Source: Azospirillum sp. (GTDB taxonomy: Bacteria; Pseudomonadota; Alphaproteobacteria; Azospirillales; Azospirillaceae). From it: a stretch of 64,000 nt of DNA. Positions 29,537-42,124 of the stretch are shown one piece after another. Location of the stretch: positions 212-64,211 of the forward strand of contig DASWVP010000220.1 in assembly GCA_036401175.1 (NCBI GenBank), in the 5' to 3' direction. The position numbers and the translations under genes are program-made. Each line of letters begins with the position of its first letter. Within the stretch, counting starts at the first letter, position 1. A model generated the notes under the pieces. It was not told where the DNA came from. It saw only the letters and a program-made list of their open reading frames with translations, and made no database searches.

Positions 29537-29719
29537 AGATGCCTCTTCGCCAACGGACTATACCGTTCGTATAGGGTCTAACCTGACACACTCGGAACGG
29601 CGCGTCAAATGGTCGCTGTCGAAAGCGGCGGCCTAAATCTGAGGAAGGTCGTTTCCTGTTCTTTCCCGGTTGCGGAGTTTGTTTTTGTCATATGGGGTTA
29701 TGTCAAGAGACATGTTTCC

Positions 29720-29914
29720 GAGCCTGTTCGACTGCCGACCTCGCCGTTCCGCCAACACTGTTTCAATTCGTCCTGGCCGGGCCCAGTCCCGGCCACCCAC
29801 GGGCTCGGGACTTCCGGGGAGGCGCCGGGTGCGTGGGTGCCCGGGACTGGGGCCCGGCCAGGACGAACAGGAAAAGTGTCGGCGGGCCGGCGAGGTCGGC
29901 AGTCAAACAGGCTC
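29720..29914. mobile_element. MITE-like long imperfect palindrome enclosing a CGTC-type REP pair
   Basis: Ends GAGCCTGTTCGACTGCCGACCTCGCCG / CGGCGAGGTCGGCAGTCAAACAGGCTC; inner CGTCCTGGCCGGGCCCAGTCCCGGCCACCCAC ... GTGGGTGCCCGGGACTGGGGCCCGGCCAGGACG. Confidence 0.8.
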
Positions 29915-30130
29915 TCAATCCTGTACCGGGTCCGGTGCCGGTCTGGCCCACGCGGGGCAGCGCGTATCGAGCCAGATACCCATGAGCACAAGCACTGGGC
30001 CGGGGATATCACGCTCTCCAGACTCCCAACGTCGCACGGTTCGCCCGTCGGCGACGCGAACCGCATTGGCGAGACCCTGCGCGGAAAGGCCCAGCTTTCG
30101 CCGGGCCTCCTTGAATTCCGTTGGTGTCAT
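29915..30130 (-). CDS. XRE/Cro-type helix-turn-helix protein
   Basis: MTPTEFKEARRKLGLS...LA.......RTVRRWESGERDIPGPV. Confidence 0.88.
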   Translation of the reverse strand: MTPTEFKEARRKLGLSAQGLANAVRVADGRTVRRWESGERDIPGPVLVLMGIWLDTRCPAWARPAPDPVQD

Positions 30131-30318
30131 CCAACCGCGGCAATCTTGCTCGGGATGAGCGAGGCGACCATCCGGCTAAGGTCGTCGATCCGCTTGGACT
30201 GCTCCTCACCTCGGGCGTTCGACGCGACCAGGAGGGGGTGCATCGCCTTGAGCATCTCCTTCATCTCGGCGATGTCGGCTTCGATCTTGGCGAGGCGGTT
30301 GTCGGTGGCCTGCGTCAT
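30127..30318 (-). CDS. Small coiled-coil hypothetical protein, coupled to the HTH gene
   Basis: GGAG RBS; ATGA overlap with the HTH gene; heptad pattern. Confidence 0.7.
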   Translation of the reverse strand: MTQATDNRLAKIEADIAEMKEMLKAMHPLLVASNARGEEQSKRIDDLSRMVASLIPSKIAAVG

Positions 30319-30456
30319 TGCCGTCTCCGGTCCGGCGGGCACGATCGCCCATGCGACAGGCCAAAAATAGGGCCAATGGCCCTATACCTCAAGCGCCTTT
30401 CGCGGTTCCAGGAACGCGGGATCACTCCGCCGTCTCTGAGTTCGGAGCCCCGCTGT

Positions 30457-31428
30457 TCAGCGTCCCAGCGTCTCGACAAGGCCGAGGAAGGCGGGCAGCG
30501 GGTGGGTGATGACGTAGGTGGGAATGGGCGCCAGATAGTCGCGCAGCCGCCCCTTCTCGGTGAAGCGCTTGCGGAAGCGGGAATGGGCGAAGAACGGCCC
30601 CAGCCTGGGCACGATGCCGCCGGCGATGTAGACGCCGCCGCGCGCGCCCAGCGTCAGCGCCAGATTGCCGGCGGCGGTGCCCAGCATGGCGCAGAACATC
30701 TCCACCGCCTCGACGCAATGGGCGTTGGACCCGTCGAGCGCCGCCGCGGTGACCTGGGCCGGCGTCAGCGCCGGCGGTTCCCGCCCGTCCAGCACGCTCA
30801 GCGCCTGGAACAGGTTGACGAGGCCGGGGCCGGACAGCACGCGCTCGGCCGAGACGTGGTCGAACGTCTTGCGCAACTGGCCCAGCACGGCGCTCTCGCG
30901 GTCGCTGACCGGCGCCATGGTGACGTGGCCGCCCTCGCCCGACAGGGCCGTCCAGCCCGACGGGCCGGGCACGAGGCCGGAGGTGCCCAGGCCGCTGCCC
31001 GGCCCGATGATGCCGACCACCGCGCCCGATTGCGGGCTGCCATCGCCGATCTGCTGGCGGTCGGATTCCCCCAGGCGCGGCACGGACATGGCCACGGCAG
31101 TGAAGTCGTTGATCACCTCCAGCCGCTCCAGCCCCAGCGCCCGGCGCACGGTGGAGATGGTGACCTCCCACGGCAGGTTGGTCATGGTGATGCGGTCGCC
31201 GATGATCGGCCCGGCGATGCAGAACGCCCCCTCGCGCGGGCGCGGGCCGCCGGCGAGCGCGAGATAGGCGTCGGCCGCCGCTTCCAGCGACGGGAAGTCG
31301 GCGCAGCGGTAGATGCGGGAATCGCGCACGCCGGTGTCGTCCACCAGACCGAATCGGGCGTTGGTGCCGCCGATGTCGGCGACGAGGATGGGCGGAGTGC
31401 TGGTGCTGCTGGCGTTGCTGGCGGTCAT
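30457..31428 (-). CDS. glk: Glucokinase
   Basis: ADIGGTNARF, INDF, GPGSGLG, GEGGH, SAERVLSGPGL, GGVYIAGGI. Confidence 0.95.
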   Translation of the reverse strand: MTASNASSTSTPPILVADIGGTNARFGLVDDTGVRDSRIYRCADFPSLEAAADAYLALAGGPRPREGAFCIAGPIIGDRITMTNLPWEVTISTVRRALGLERLEVINDFTAVAMSVPRLGESDRQQIGDGSPQSGAVVGIIGPGSGLGTSGLVPGPSGWTALSGEGGHVTMAPVSDRESAVLGQLRKTFDHVSAERVLSGPGLVNLFQALSVLDGREPPALTPAQVTAAALDGSNAHCVEAVEMFCAMLGTAAGNLALTLGARGGVYIAGGIVPRLGPFFAHSRFRKRFTEKGRLRDYLAPIPTYVITHPLPAFLGLVETLGR

Positions 31429-32822
31429 GCGTAGGGCGCTCGGGTCAGGGCGTTGACGAAGCTTTCCCGCCACCGCGTGATGTCGTTGCGGCGCAGGGTG
31501 CGCATCATGGCGGCGTGCCGCTCCCGACGTTCCTCGCGCGGCATGGTGAGCGCCCGCTGCAGGGCGTCGGCCATCCCTTCGATATCGAAGGGGTTGACGA
31601 TCACCGCCTCGGTCAGTTCACGCGCCGCGCCGGCGAATTCGGAAAGCACCAGCACGCCCGGATCGTCGGGATCCTGGCACGCCACGTATTCCTTCGCCAC
31701 AAGGTTCATGCCGTCGCGCAGCGGCGTGACGAAGCCGACGTTGGCCTGCCGGTAGAATCCGGCCAGGATGCGCCGGCCGAAGCTCTTGTTCAGATAGCGG
31801 ATCGGCACCCAGTCGAACTCGGCGAAGCGGCCGTTGACGCGGCCCGACAGCTCCGACAGCTCGCGGCGGATGGCGATGTACTCCGGCACGTCCTCGCGCG
31901 AGGGCGGGGCGATCTGCAGGAAGGACACGCGGTTGCAGTGCTCGGGAAAGCTTTCCAGAAGCTGCTGGAACGCCTCGAACCGGTGCGGCAGGCCCTTGGA
32001 ATAGTCCAGCCGGTCGACGCCGATGATCAGCCGCCGGCCCACCAGGCTTTCGCGCAGGCGTTCGGCGTGGCGCGAGCGGGCGGTGGTCTGCGCCAGGCTG
32101 GCCAGCGGTTCGGTGTCGATGCTGATGGGAAAGGCGCGGGCCAGCAGCGTGCGGCCGAAGGCGCGGATGCGGCAGCCGCCGTCCGGTCCCGCGTCCTCCA
32201 CCTCGCCGCGCTCCTCGTAGCGGATGTAGTTGGCGAAGCAGCGCAGGTCGGTTTCCGTGTGGAAGCCGACGATGTCGTAATTGCACAATTCGCGGATCAG
32301 CTCGCGGTGGTTGGGCAGGACGCGCAGCACCTCCGGCGCCGGGAAGGGCGTGTGCAGGAAGAAGCCCATGCGCTGCGTGCAGCCCATCTCGCGCAGCCGC
32401 TCGCCGAACGGGATCAGGTGGTAATCGTGCACCCAGATCATGTCGTCCGGCGCCAGCAGCGGCAGCAGGCGGTCGGCGAAGTAGGCGTTGACCCGCTGGT
32501 AGCCCTCGCGCGTGCGCCGGCTGACCGAGAACAGGCCGACGCGGTAGTGGAACAGCGGCCACAGCGTCTGGTTGGCGAAGCCGTTGTAATATTCCTCGTA
32601 GTCGCGGCGGCCGAGGTCGACCGTGGCGTAGGTGAGGCGGCCGACGTCGGTGCGCTGCGGCTCGCCCTGGGATTCCCCCTCGGTGACGGTGCCGCTCCAG
32701 CCGAACCAGATGCCGCCGGTCCGCTTCAGGGCGGCCAGCACGGCGACGGCGAGGCCGCCGGCCGCCTGCTTGCCCTCGTCGATCGGCGCCACGCGGTTCG
32801 ACACGACGACCAGTCTGCTCAC
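31425..32822 (-). CDS. otsA: Trehalose-6-phosphate synthase
   Basis: [45 protein letters not shown]; GTG after GGAGG. Confidence 0.96.
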   Translation of the reverse strand: MSRLVVVSNRVAPIDEGKQAAGGLAVAVLAALKRTGGIWFGWSGTVTEGESQGEPQRTDVGRLTYATVDLGRRDYEEYYNGFANQTLWPLFHYRVGLFSVSRRTREGYQRVNAYFADRLLPLLAPDDMIWVHDYHLIPFGERLREMGCTQRMGFFLHTPFPAPEVLRVLPNHRELIRELCNYDIVGFHTETDLRCFANYIRYEERGEVEDAGPDGGCRIRAFGRTLLARAFPISIDTEPLASLAQTTARSRHAERLRESLVGRRLIIGVDRLDYSKGLPHRFEAFQQLLESFPEHCNRVSFLQIAPPSREDVPEYIAIRRELSELSGRVNGRFAEFDWVPIRYLNKSFGRRILAGFYRQANVGFVTPLRDGMNLVAKEYVACQDPDDPGVLVLSEFAGAARELTEAVIVNPFDIEGMADALQRALTMPREERRERHAAMMRTLRRNDITRWRESFVNALTRAPYA

Positions 32823-33111
32823 GATGGGGCCTCCCGGTGTTCCGAAGGGGGTGCTGGGGCCGGCGCTCATGCACAACGGCCGACCTTCAGGTGGGTTCCC
32901 GGCCGAGAGCGAACAACCTTGGGCGGTGCATCCGTTGGGTGGGGGCCGTTCGGGCGGGCCTGCCCGCCGGGGCGGCCATGCCATCGCACGTTCGGCCCAC
33001 AGCCGGTCGCCGTTCGTTGTGCGCCGCAACATGCCCTATGTCGAATGGTAGCGACTCTATACCCGAAGCGGTATCCTAAAGCCTTGTGTCGAAAGGGAAA
33101 AAACTTTTCTC

Positions 33112-33140
33112 TTGATCGATGGGGTCGGCTCGATCATATT
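33112..33140 (+). promoter_or_regulatory. Sigma-70-type promoter of the sRNA
   Basis: TTGATC-N17-CATATT immediately upstream of the sRNA. Confidence 0.6.
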
Positions 33141-33145
33141 GTGCA

Positions 33146-33248
33146 GTGCGACATCGGTCGTGTCTGCGATGCGGACGGTGTCGTAACGCACTTCTTGGGC
33201 GTTTCCTCCCTAAACTCGGGCCGCGGGATTTTCCCGCGGCCTTTTTTC
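33146..33248 (+). ncRNA. mmgR: MmgR/SuhB (alpha-r8) family small RNA; 5' end estimated from the promoter
   Basis: Core CTTGGGCGTTTCCTCCCTAAACT, terminator GGCCGCGGGA/TCCCGCGGCC-TTTTTT, and the known position convergent with the N-formylglutamate amidohydrolase gene. Confidence 0.85.
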
Positions 33249-33263
33249 TTGTCTGGGATCCGG

Positions 33264-34157
33264 TCAGCGCGCCTTCAGCGCCGCGCCGTCGAGCCGGCCG
33301 AGCAGGAGCATCAGCTCCGCCATGTGTTCGGCCAGCACCGGCAGGAAGGGCCGGCGGGCAAGGGTCGCCTCGTCCATGTACAGGTCGCGGTTGATTTCGA
33401 GCTGCAGCGCGTGCACGCCCAGCCGGGGCCGGCCGTAGTGGCGGGTGGTGAAGCCGCCGGCATAGGGGGTGTTGCGGCTGACGGCGTAGCCCTTGGCGCG
33501 CAGCAGGCGTTCGGCGGCGTCGGTGACGGCGGGCGCGCAGGCGCTGCCGAAGCAGTCGCCCAGCACCATGTCGACGCGCCGGTCGGCGCGCTCGCGCTCG
33601 CCGCCGCCGCCGCCGGACGGCATGGAGTGGCAATCGAGCAGGACGCAGCGGCCGAAGCGGCCGCTGGTGGCGTCGATCAGCCGGCGCAGCGCCCCGTGGT
33701 AGGGGTGGTAGAAGCGGGTCACCCGCTGCGCCGCTTCGGCGAAGCGCAGCTTGCCGCGGTAGATCTCCTCGCCGTTGGCGACCACGCGGGCGATGGTGCC
33801 CAGCCCGGCCGCCACGCGCGGCGAGCGGGTGTTGACGTAGGCCGGCAGCGCGTCGGCGAACATGTCCGGGTCCAGCTCGAACGCCTCGCGGTTGGCGTCG
33901 AGGAAGGAGCGCGGGAACAGCGCGCGCAGCAGCGGCGCGCCGTGGGCGGGGGCGGCGGCGAAGATCTCATCGACGAAGGCGTCCTCGGACTTGCGCAGCG
34001 TCCGTCCGTCCAGCCGCGCGGCGGCCAGGAAGGCGGGCGGGTAGTGCCGGCCGCTGTGCGGCGAGGCGACGACCAGCGCCAGGGTCTGTTCCGCCGGCGC
34101 CTGGATATCGAACACCTGGTGGGGCCCGGCCGCGGCGGTATCGAAATGCGCGTCCAT
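33264..34157 (-). CDS. N-formylglutamate amidohydrolase
   Basis: SPHSG, SED.FVD, DANR, LDCHSMPS, RNTPYAGG, HALQLEINR. Confidence 0.93.
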   Translation of the reverse strand: MDAHFDTAAAGPHQVFDIQAPAEQTLALVVASPHSGRHYPPAFLAAARLDGRTLRKSEDAFVDEIFAAAPAHGAPLLRALFPRSFLDANREAFELDPDMFADALPAYVNTRSPRVAAGLGTIARVVANGEEIYRGKLRFAEAAQRVTRFYHPYHGALRRLIDATSGRFGRCVLLDCHSMPSGGGGGERERADRRVDMVLGDCFGSACAPAVTDAAERLLRAKGYAVSRNTPYAGGFTTRHYGRPRLGVHALQLEINRDLYMDEATLARRPFLPVLAEHMAELMLLLGRLDGAALKAR

Positions 34158-34393
34158 GATCACAGTGATGTAGTCGACGCCGCCCGCGCTGTCACGCCGG
34201 ACCATCGTCATCGCGGGGGCACCACGGGGGCATCCCGTCCTGCAACAGCCGGAATGCTGGGTGCGGTCCGTGGCCGCCACGGGAAATGCGGCGAATGCGA
34301 AAAAAAATGGATGCGGGGGCTTGCGCGGTCCTGCGGATGTTGATATACCCCCGCTCCACGCCGGCCGGGCGGACACGAGACGCCAGGCCAGCC

Positions 34394-34468
<75 letters not shown>

Positions 34469-34469
34469 T

Positions 34470-34503
34470 GAAGGCCAGCAAGTCCAACGACTTGCTGGCC
34501 TTC
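34470..34503. terminator. Perfect 15-bp hairpin just after the tRNA
   Basis: GAAGGCCAGCAAGTC-CAAC-GACTTGCTGGCCTTC. Confidence 0.65.
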
Positions 34504-34606
34504 GCCCGTTCTGGGGCAAGCGTTCGCGGCGGGGGACGTTCTGGGGGCAGGTCCGCGAAACGTGTGTGGATTGAGCACCCTTGAGCCCGGATCAGGACGC
34601 TGACGA

Positions 34607-34820
34607 TTACCGGTGGGTTCCGATCATGGTCGGAATCGCAAGGCGCGTGGCGACCGGCGTGTAGATGTCGATGGGCGCGCCGGGGGCGCGGATCGACACG
34701 ATCAGGGCGTAGCGGGCCGGGGTGTCCCACCGCTCCAGGAATGGCTTCTCCTTCCACCAGCCGCCGACCGGGAAGACGCCGATGGCGCCCCGCCTGGCCA
34801 GATCGGCCACCGCGTCCCAA
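34607..34820 (-). pseudogene. C-terminal remnant of an S8 subtilase (IetS-like)
   Basis: DLARRGAIGVFPVGGWWKE...RYALIVSI.....DIYTPV matches the C-terminus of AAA-ATPase-associated S8 peptidases as I recall them; no catalytic core. Confidence 0.7.
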
Positions 34821-35245
34821 GAAGCCACGGCGCAAGCGCAAGGGCCCCGGGGTGACGCGGAGCCTTGCCGCCAATCCCGACCACGTCGTGGACTGCCACG
34901 CGCACGCCTGCGCCCACTGCGGCACGGCGGTGACGGCTGAAACCCAAACGCTGCGCCACGCTTACGATCACATCGCCCTGCCGCCGCTCCGGCCGGTGGT
35001 CACGCGGGTGCGGCTGTTCGGCCAGCGCTGGGGCGCCCAGCAGGGCGACGCCGAGACCCATCAGGTGTGCCGGGCCCACGTCCTGCGCGATGTGCAGTAC
35101 GCCGTGGACGCCGGCGAGGCGTGCTTCGCCCCGGCCCTGCGCCGGCTGGTGTGCTGGGCCATCGCGGTGGGGCGACGACGGCCGAGCTTGAAGGACAGCA
35201 CCGTGGCCCAGTATCGCGCTACGGCCGAGCGGCGCCGCGACCAGG
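34817..35245 (+). pseudogene. IS66-family transposase remnant with internal deletion
   Basis: PKKPRRKRKGPG, CAHCG zinc finger, DHIALPPLRPVVTRVRL joined directly to HQVCRAHVLRD. Confidence 0.8.
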
Positions 35246-35556
35246 TGCGGGACCGCGCCGCCACCGCCATCGAGGCGCTGGCTGGCACGGAGATCCCGCC
35301 CAGCCAGCCCGGCCACGTCGAGCTGCGCCGGACCATGGAAGCGTTCGCCCGCCTTCCCGAGGAGCAGCGGCGCGTCCTGACGCTCGTCGCCGTCGAAGGG
35401 ATGGGCTATCAGGAAGCGGCGGCCGTGCTCGGCATTCCGATGGGCACGCTGATGTCGCGCCTCGCCCGCGGGCGGGAGGCCCTGCGGCATGATCTTGGCC
35501 GAATCGACCCGGAACGCCGCGACGGCGGCCCGGTCCATCTGCGGGTGGTGAGGTAG
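35246..35556 (+). pseudogene. ECF sigma factor region-4 remnant fused in frame to IS66 sequence
   Basis: LPEEQRRVLTLVAVEGMGYQEAAAVLGIPMGTLMSRLARGRE; region 2 absent. Confidence 0.85.
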
Positions 35557-35558
35557 CC

Positions 35559-36089
35559 GTGGGGCGCAATACCATCGATTTCGGCCGTGACGACCTTGAG
35601 GCCGAACTGCACGCCTACATCGACGGCGAACTCGATCCCGGGCGGCGGCTGGCGTTCGAGGCGTTTCTCGCCGCCAACCCGCCGGTCGCGGCGCGGGTGC
35701 ACGATTACCTGCACCAGCGGGAGATGCTGCGCCGGGGGCTCGACCTCCTGGCCGCCACGACGCCCGAGCGCACGGCGGGCCTGGCGGAGCGCCTCCTCGG
35801 CCGCCTCCGCCTGGACCGGCTCGTCCACCGCTTCGGGCCGATCGCGGCGGCGATCCTGCTGCTGCTCGGGGGATGGAACGTCGGCACCTGGGTGCAGCAC
35901 CACCGGCACGGGGCGGCGGTGGCCGGGGTGCTCAGCGGGCTCGTGGCGCTGCGGAAGGAACAGATGGCGCAGGACGCCGTGGCGGTGAGCGTCGCGCGCC
36001 GGGCGATGGCGGCGCTGCTCGTCTCCGGTACGGCGCTGCTGCTGGCGGCGTTGGCCACCGGGGGCGGGGCGCCATGCGGCAGCTCCTGA
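35559..36089 (+). pseudogene. Anti-sigma factor N-terminus/TM, apparently truncated and fused to unrelated sequence
   Basis: ELHAYIDGELD.......EAFLA.NP..AARV followed by a TM helix; usual periplasmic domain not recognisable. Confidence 0.7.
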
Positions 36090-36455
36090 TGGCCTTCCTG
36101 GTGATGCCGCGCCCGTCGGCGTGGGTGCGCTACGGCGTCGCGGCGCTGCTGGTCGCGGTCACGACGCTGATCTGGTTCAGCTTCCAGCACTCGGTGACGG
36201 GACTGCCGTTCCGACGGCCGGCCCGGCCGCATCGACGTGGCCTTCCGGCGGGCCGGCGACGACTACGAGTTGTGCGTCCAGGACAACGGCGTCGGCGCGG
36301 CGAGCGGTGCGGGTCCCAAGGGCACCGGCCTGGGCCGCCAGATCGTCCAGCAGTTCGCCGAACAGCTTTGCGGCCGCTTCGAGATGCGGTCCGACGAGCA
36401 CGGCCTGCGGGCGGCGCTGACCTTTCCCGTGCAGCAGGCCGCGCCCGAGACCTGA
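36074..36455 (+). pseudogene. Sensor histidine kinase remnant (membrane N-terminus joined out of frame to HATPase C-terminus)
   Basis: WVRYGVAALLVAV then, in another frame, GRIDV...VQDNGVG...GTGLGRQIV...QL.G; no H-box or N-box. Confidence 0.75.
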
Positions 36456-36599
36456 TATGGTGTCAGTTCCGGAACAGCAGCCACAGAAAGGCGGCTATGA
36501 CCAGCGCCCACAAGGCGATGCCGCCGGCCAAGCTGCCGAAGAGGCGCAACCACGGCGCGGCGCAACGGTCGAGGACGCGCATGGCGTGCGCGGGTGCGC

Positions 36600-37031
36600 T
36601 CAGCGCGGCGGCCGGGCGTCGGCGTCCGGATCGCCGCGGTTCAGCGACACCGCATCGTCGTCGTATTCGAAGGGCGGCAAGCGCGCCAGATCGGCCGCCC
36701 GCAGATCGGCCACGTGCAGGTCCGCGCTGTCGGACCGCATGCGGACGTCGGTGAAATCGATGGCGACGCGCCCGGCACCCCCGGCGCGGTCCAGCACGAG
36801 CCGGCGGGCGGCGCCGTTCGGGTCGAGAAGGACATCGTGTACGGTGCCCAGCGCCTGCCCGTCGGTGTCGATCACGGTCCTGCCGACCATGTCCTCCACC
36901 AGCGGCACGCCCAGCGTCGTGACGGGTGCGGCGGCGGGCGGCTCAGCCGCCGGGGCGGTCGCGGTCTGCGCCAGGGCGGCGCCGCAGGTAGCGGCAAGAA
37001 CCGCGACGGTGACGATCATCATCCTTTTCAT
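36600..37031 (-). CDS. Exported PRC-barrel domain protein
   Basis: Signal peptide (ALA|Q); MVGRTV...DG..LGTVHDVLLD..G; LPPFEY; GGAG RBS. Confidence 0.85.
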   Translation of the reverse strand: MKRMMIVTVAVLAATCGAALAQTATAPAAEPPAAAPVTTLGVPLVEDMVGRTVIDTDGQALGTVHDVLLDPNGAARRLVLDRAGGAGRVAIDFTDVRMRSDSADLHVADLRAADLARLPPFEYDDDAVSLNRGDPDADARPPR

Positions 37032-37330
37032 GGCACTCCCTCAGCGCTGTCCGATGCCGATGTCAATTCAACAAAAAGCTCAAGGATTCGTCCCCCCACA
37101 ATCGCAGTGGAGACTGGAAATCCAGCCGCTCGTCGCAGGGCGGAAGCATGAAAACATTCCATCAGCAGCAGAATAGGAACGCCATCTGGCGGTGAGAGCT
37201 GCGCATCCGTCTCTTCCTCGCTGGGAAGGGAATCTTGGGAATGTGACGCGAAACACGACAGAGGTATCGAAACACCGGCGTCTCGACATAATTGAGCCCA
37301 AGACGCCCCAATGGAGAACCAGCCCCCGCG

Positions 37331-40204
<2,874 letters not shown>

Positions 40205-40205
40205 C

Positions 40206-40592
40206 ATGGAAGTCCTGATCGCCACCGGGATCGCCGCCCTGACCGCCACGGGTGTTTACCTGACGCTGCTGCGGCAGACCTTCCCGGTCATCATCGGGCT
40301 GGCTTTCCTGACCTATGCGGTGAACCTGTTCCTCTTCGCCATGGGCCGCCTGACCATCGACCGGCCGCCGATCATCGCGACCGGCTCCCCCGGCTACGGC
40401 GATCCGCTGCCGCAGGCGCTGGTCCTGACCGCCATCGTGATCTCGTTCGGCATGACGGCCCTCATCGTGGTGCTGGCGCTGCGGGGCTTCCTCGAAACCG
40501 GCAGCGACGCGGCGAGCGCCGAGCGCGGCGAGGACGGCATCCCCGGTGTTCCCGCCGTCCGCGACCGGAGCCGCGACAGGAGCCAGGGATGA
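40206..40592 (+). CDS. mrpC: Mrp/Pha antiporter subunit C
   Basis: AVNLFLF and DPLPQALVLTAIVISF. Confidence 0.95.
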   Translation: MEVLIATGIAALTATGVYLTLLRQTFPVIIGLAFLTYAVNLFLFAMGRLTIDRPPIIATGSPGYGDPLPQALVLTAIVISFGMTALIVVLALRGFLETGSDAASAERGEDGIPGVPAVRDRSRDRSQG

Positions 40593-42124
40593 ACCACTGG
40601 ATCGTCGCGCCGATCATCCTGCCGGCCTTCGTCGCGGCCTTCCTGGTCATGACGTTCAGCCACGACCTGACGCGCCAGCGCGTCGTGTCGACCGCCGCCA
40701 CCCTCATCCTGCTGGCGATTGCGGCCGGGCTGTTCGTGCTGGCGTCGGACGGGACGACGCGCGTCTACCTGCTCGGCAACTGGCCCGCCCCCTTCGGGAT
40801 CGTGCTGGTGCTGGACCGGCTGTCGGCGCTGATGCTGCTGGTCACCGCCGTGCTCGCGCTCGCGGTCGCCGTCTACGCCTGCGGCGGCTGGGACGCGAAG
40901 GGGCGGCATTTCCACGCGCTGTTCCAGTTCCAGCTCATGGGCATCTGTGGCGCCTTCCTCACCGGCGACGTGTTCAACCTGTTCGTCTTCTTCGAGGTGA
41001 TGCTGATCGCCTCCTACGGGCTGATGCTGCACGGCGGCGGGCCGTACCGCCTGCGCTCCGGCTTCCACTACGTGGCGATCAACCTCGTCGGCTCGACGCT
41101 GTTCCTGTTCGCCGTCGGCCTGATCTACGCCACGACCGGAACGCTCAACATGGCCGACCTCGCCCTCAAGGCGCGGTCGGTCGCCCCGGCGGACGTGGCG
41201 CTGCTGCGCACGGGGGTTCTGCTGCTGCTGCTGGTCTTCGCCCTGAAGGCGGCGCTGGTGCCTCTGCACTGGTGGCTGCCGACGGCCTACGCCGCCGCGC
41301 CCGCGCCGGTGGCCGCGCTCTTCGCCATCATGACCAAGGTCGGGGCCTACTGCATCATCCGCGTGCACGGCATGGTGTTCGGGCCGGAGGCCGGCGCGGT
41401 GGCCAACGTGGCCACGCCGTGGATCATGCCCGCCGCCCTGGCGACGCTGGTGATCGGCGCGCTGGGCGCGCTCGCCACCCGGCGCCTGCTCGACCTCGTT
41501 GCGTTCTGCGTGGTGTGGTCGATGGGGTCGCTGCTGGTCGCCATCGGCCTTTTCGACGCGGGCGGCATGGCCGCGGCCCTTTACTACGCGGTGCATTCGA
41601 CGGTCGCCGCCGCCGGGCTCTTCCTGGTCGCCGACATGGTGATGCAGCGGCGCGGGCACTGGGAGGACCGGCTGACCACGGCACCGCCGGTTCCGCACGC
41701 TACCCTGCTGGCCGGGCTGTTCTTCCTGGCGGCGATCGTGATGGCGGGCCTGCCGCCCTTCTCCGGCTTCATCGGCAAGCTGCTGATCCTCGACGCCGTG
41801 CGCGGGACGCCGTCCATGGTCTGGGCGTGGGGGCTGATCCTGGGGACGAGCCTCGCCGTGATCATCGGCTTCAGCCGCGCCGGCAGCGTCCTGTTTTGGA
41901 AGGCGGAGGTGCGTGCCGACGAGGCGCCGCCGCAGGACGGCGTCCGGGTTCCCGTTACGGCCGTGCTGGCCGCCGCCGGCATGATCGGGGCGGCCGGCCT
42001 GCTGACGGTCGGGGCGGGGCCGGCCACCGGGGTGTTCGCCGCCACCGCCGAACAGATCATGGACGTGCGCGGCTATGTGGGCGCGGTCCTCGGGCACGAC
42101 CCCGCGATGGCGATGGGGAGATGA
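40589..42124 (+). CDS. mrpD: Mrp/Pha antiporter subunit D
   Basis: GNWPAPFGI, GDVFNLFVFFEVMLIASY, WLPTAY, MTKVG, GLPPFSGFIGK. Confidence 0.95.
   Translation: MNHWIVAPIILPAFVAAFLVMTFSHDLTRQRVVSTAATLILLAIAAGLFVLASDGTTRVYLLGNWPAPFGIVLVLDRLSALMLLVTAVLALAVAVYACGGWDAKGRHFHALFQFQLMGICGAFLTGDVFNLFVFFEVMLIASYGLMLHGGGPYRLRSGFHYVAINLVGSTLFLFAVGLIYATTGTLNMADLALKARSVAPADVALLRTGVLLLLLVFALKAALVPLHWWLPTAYAAAPAPVAALFAIMTKVGAYCIIRVHGMVFGPEAGAVANVATPWIMPAALATLVIGALGALATRRLLDLVAFCVVWSMGSLLVAIGLFDAGGMAAALYYAVHSTVAAAGLFLVADMVMQRRGHWEDRLTTAPPVPHATLLAGLFFLAAIVMAGLPPFSGFIGKLLILDAVRGTPSMVWAWGLILGTSLAVIIGFSRAGSVLFWKAEVRADEAPPQDGVRVPVTAVLAAAGMIGAAGLLTVGAGPATGVFAATAEQIMDVRGYVGAVLGHDPAMAMGR

Noticed and set aside
29609-30370. 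Plus-strand ORFs across the palindrome
   Set aside because: Artefacts of the MITE and antisense of the HTH pair.
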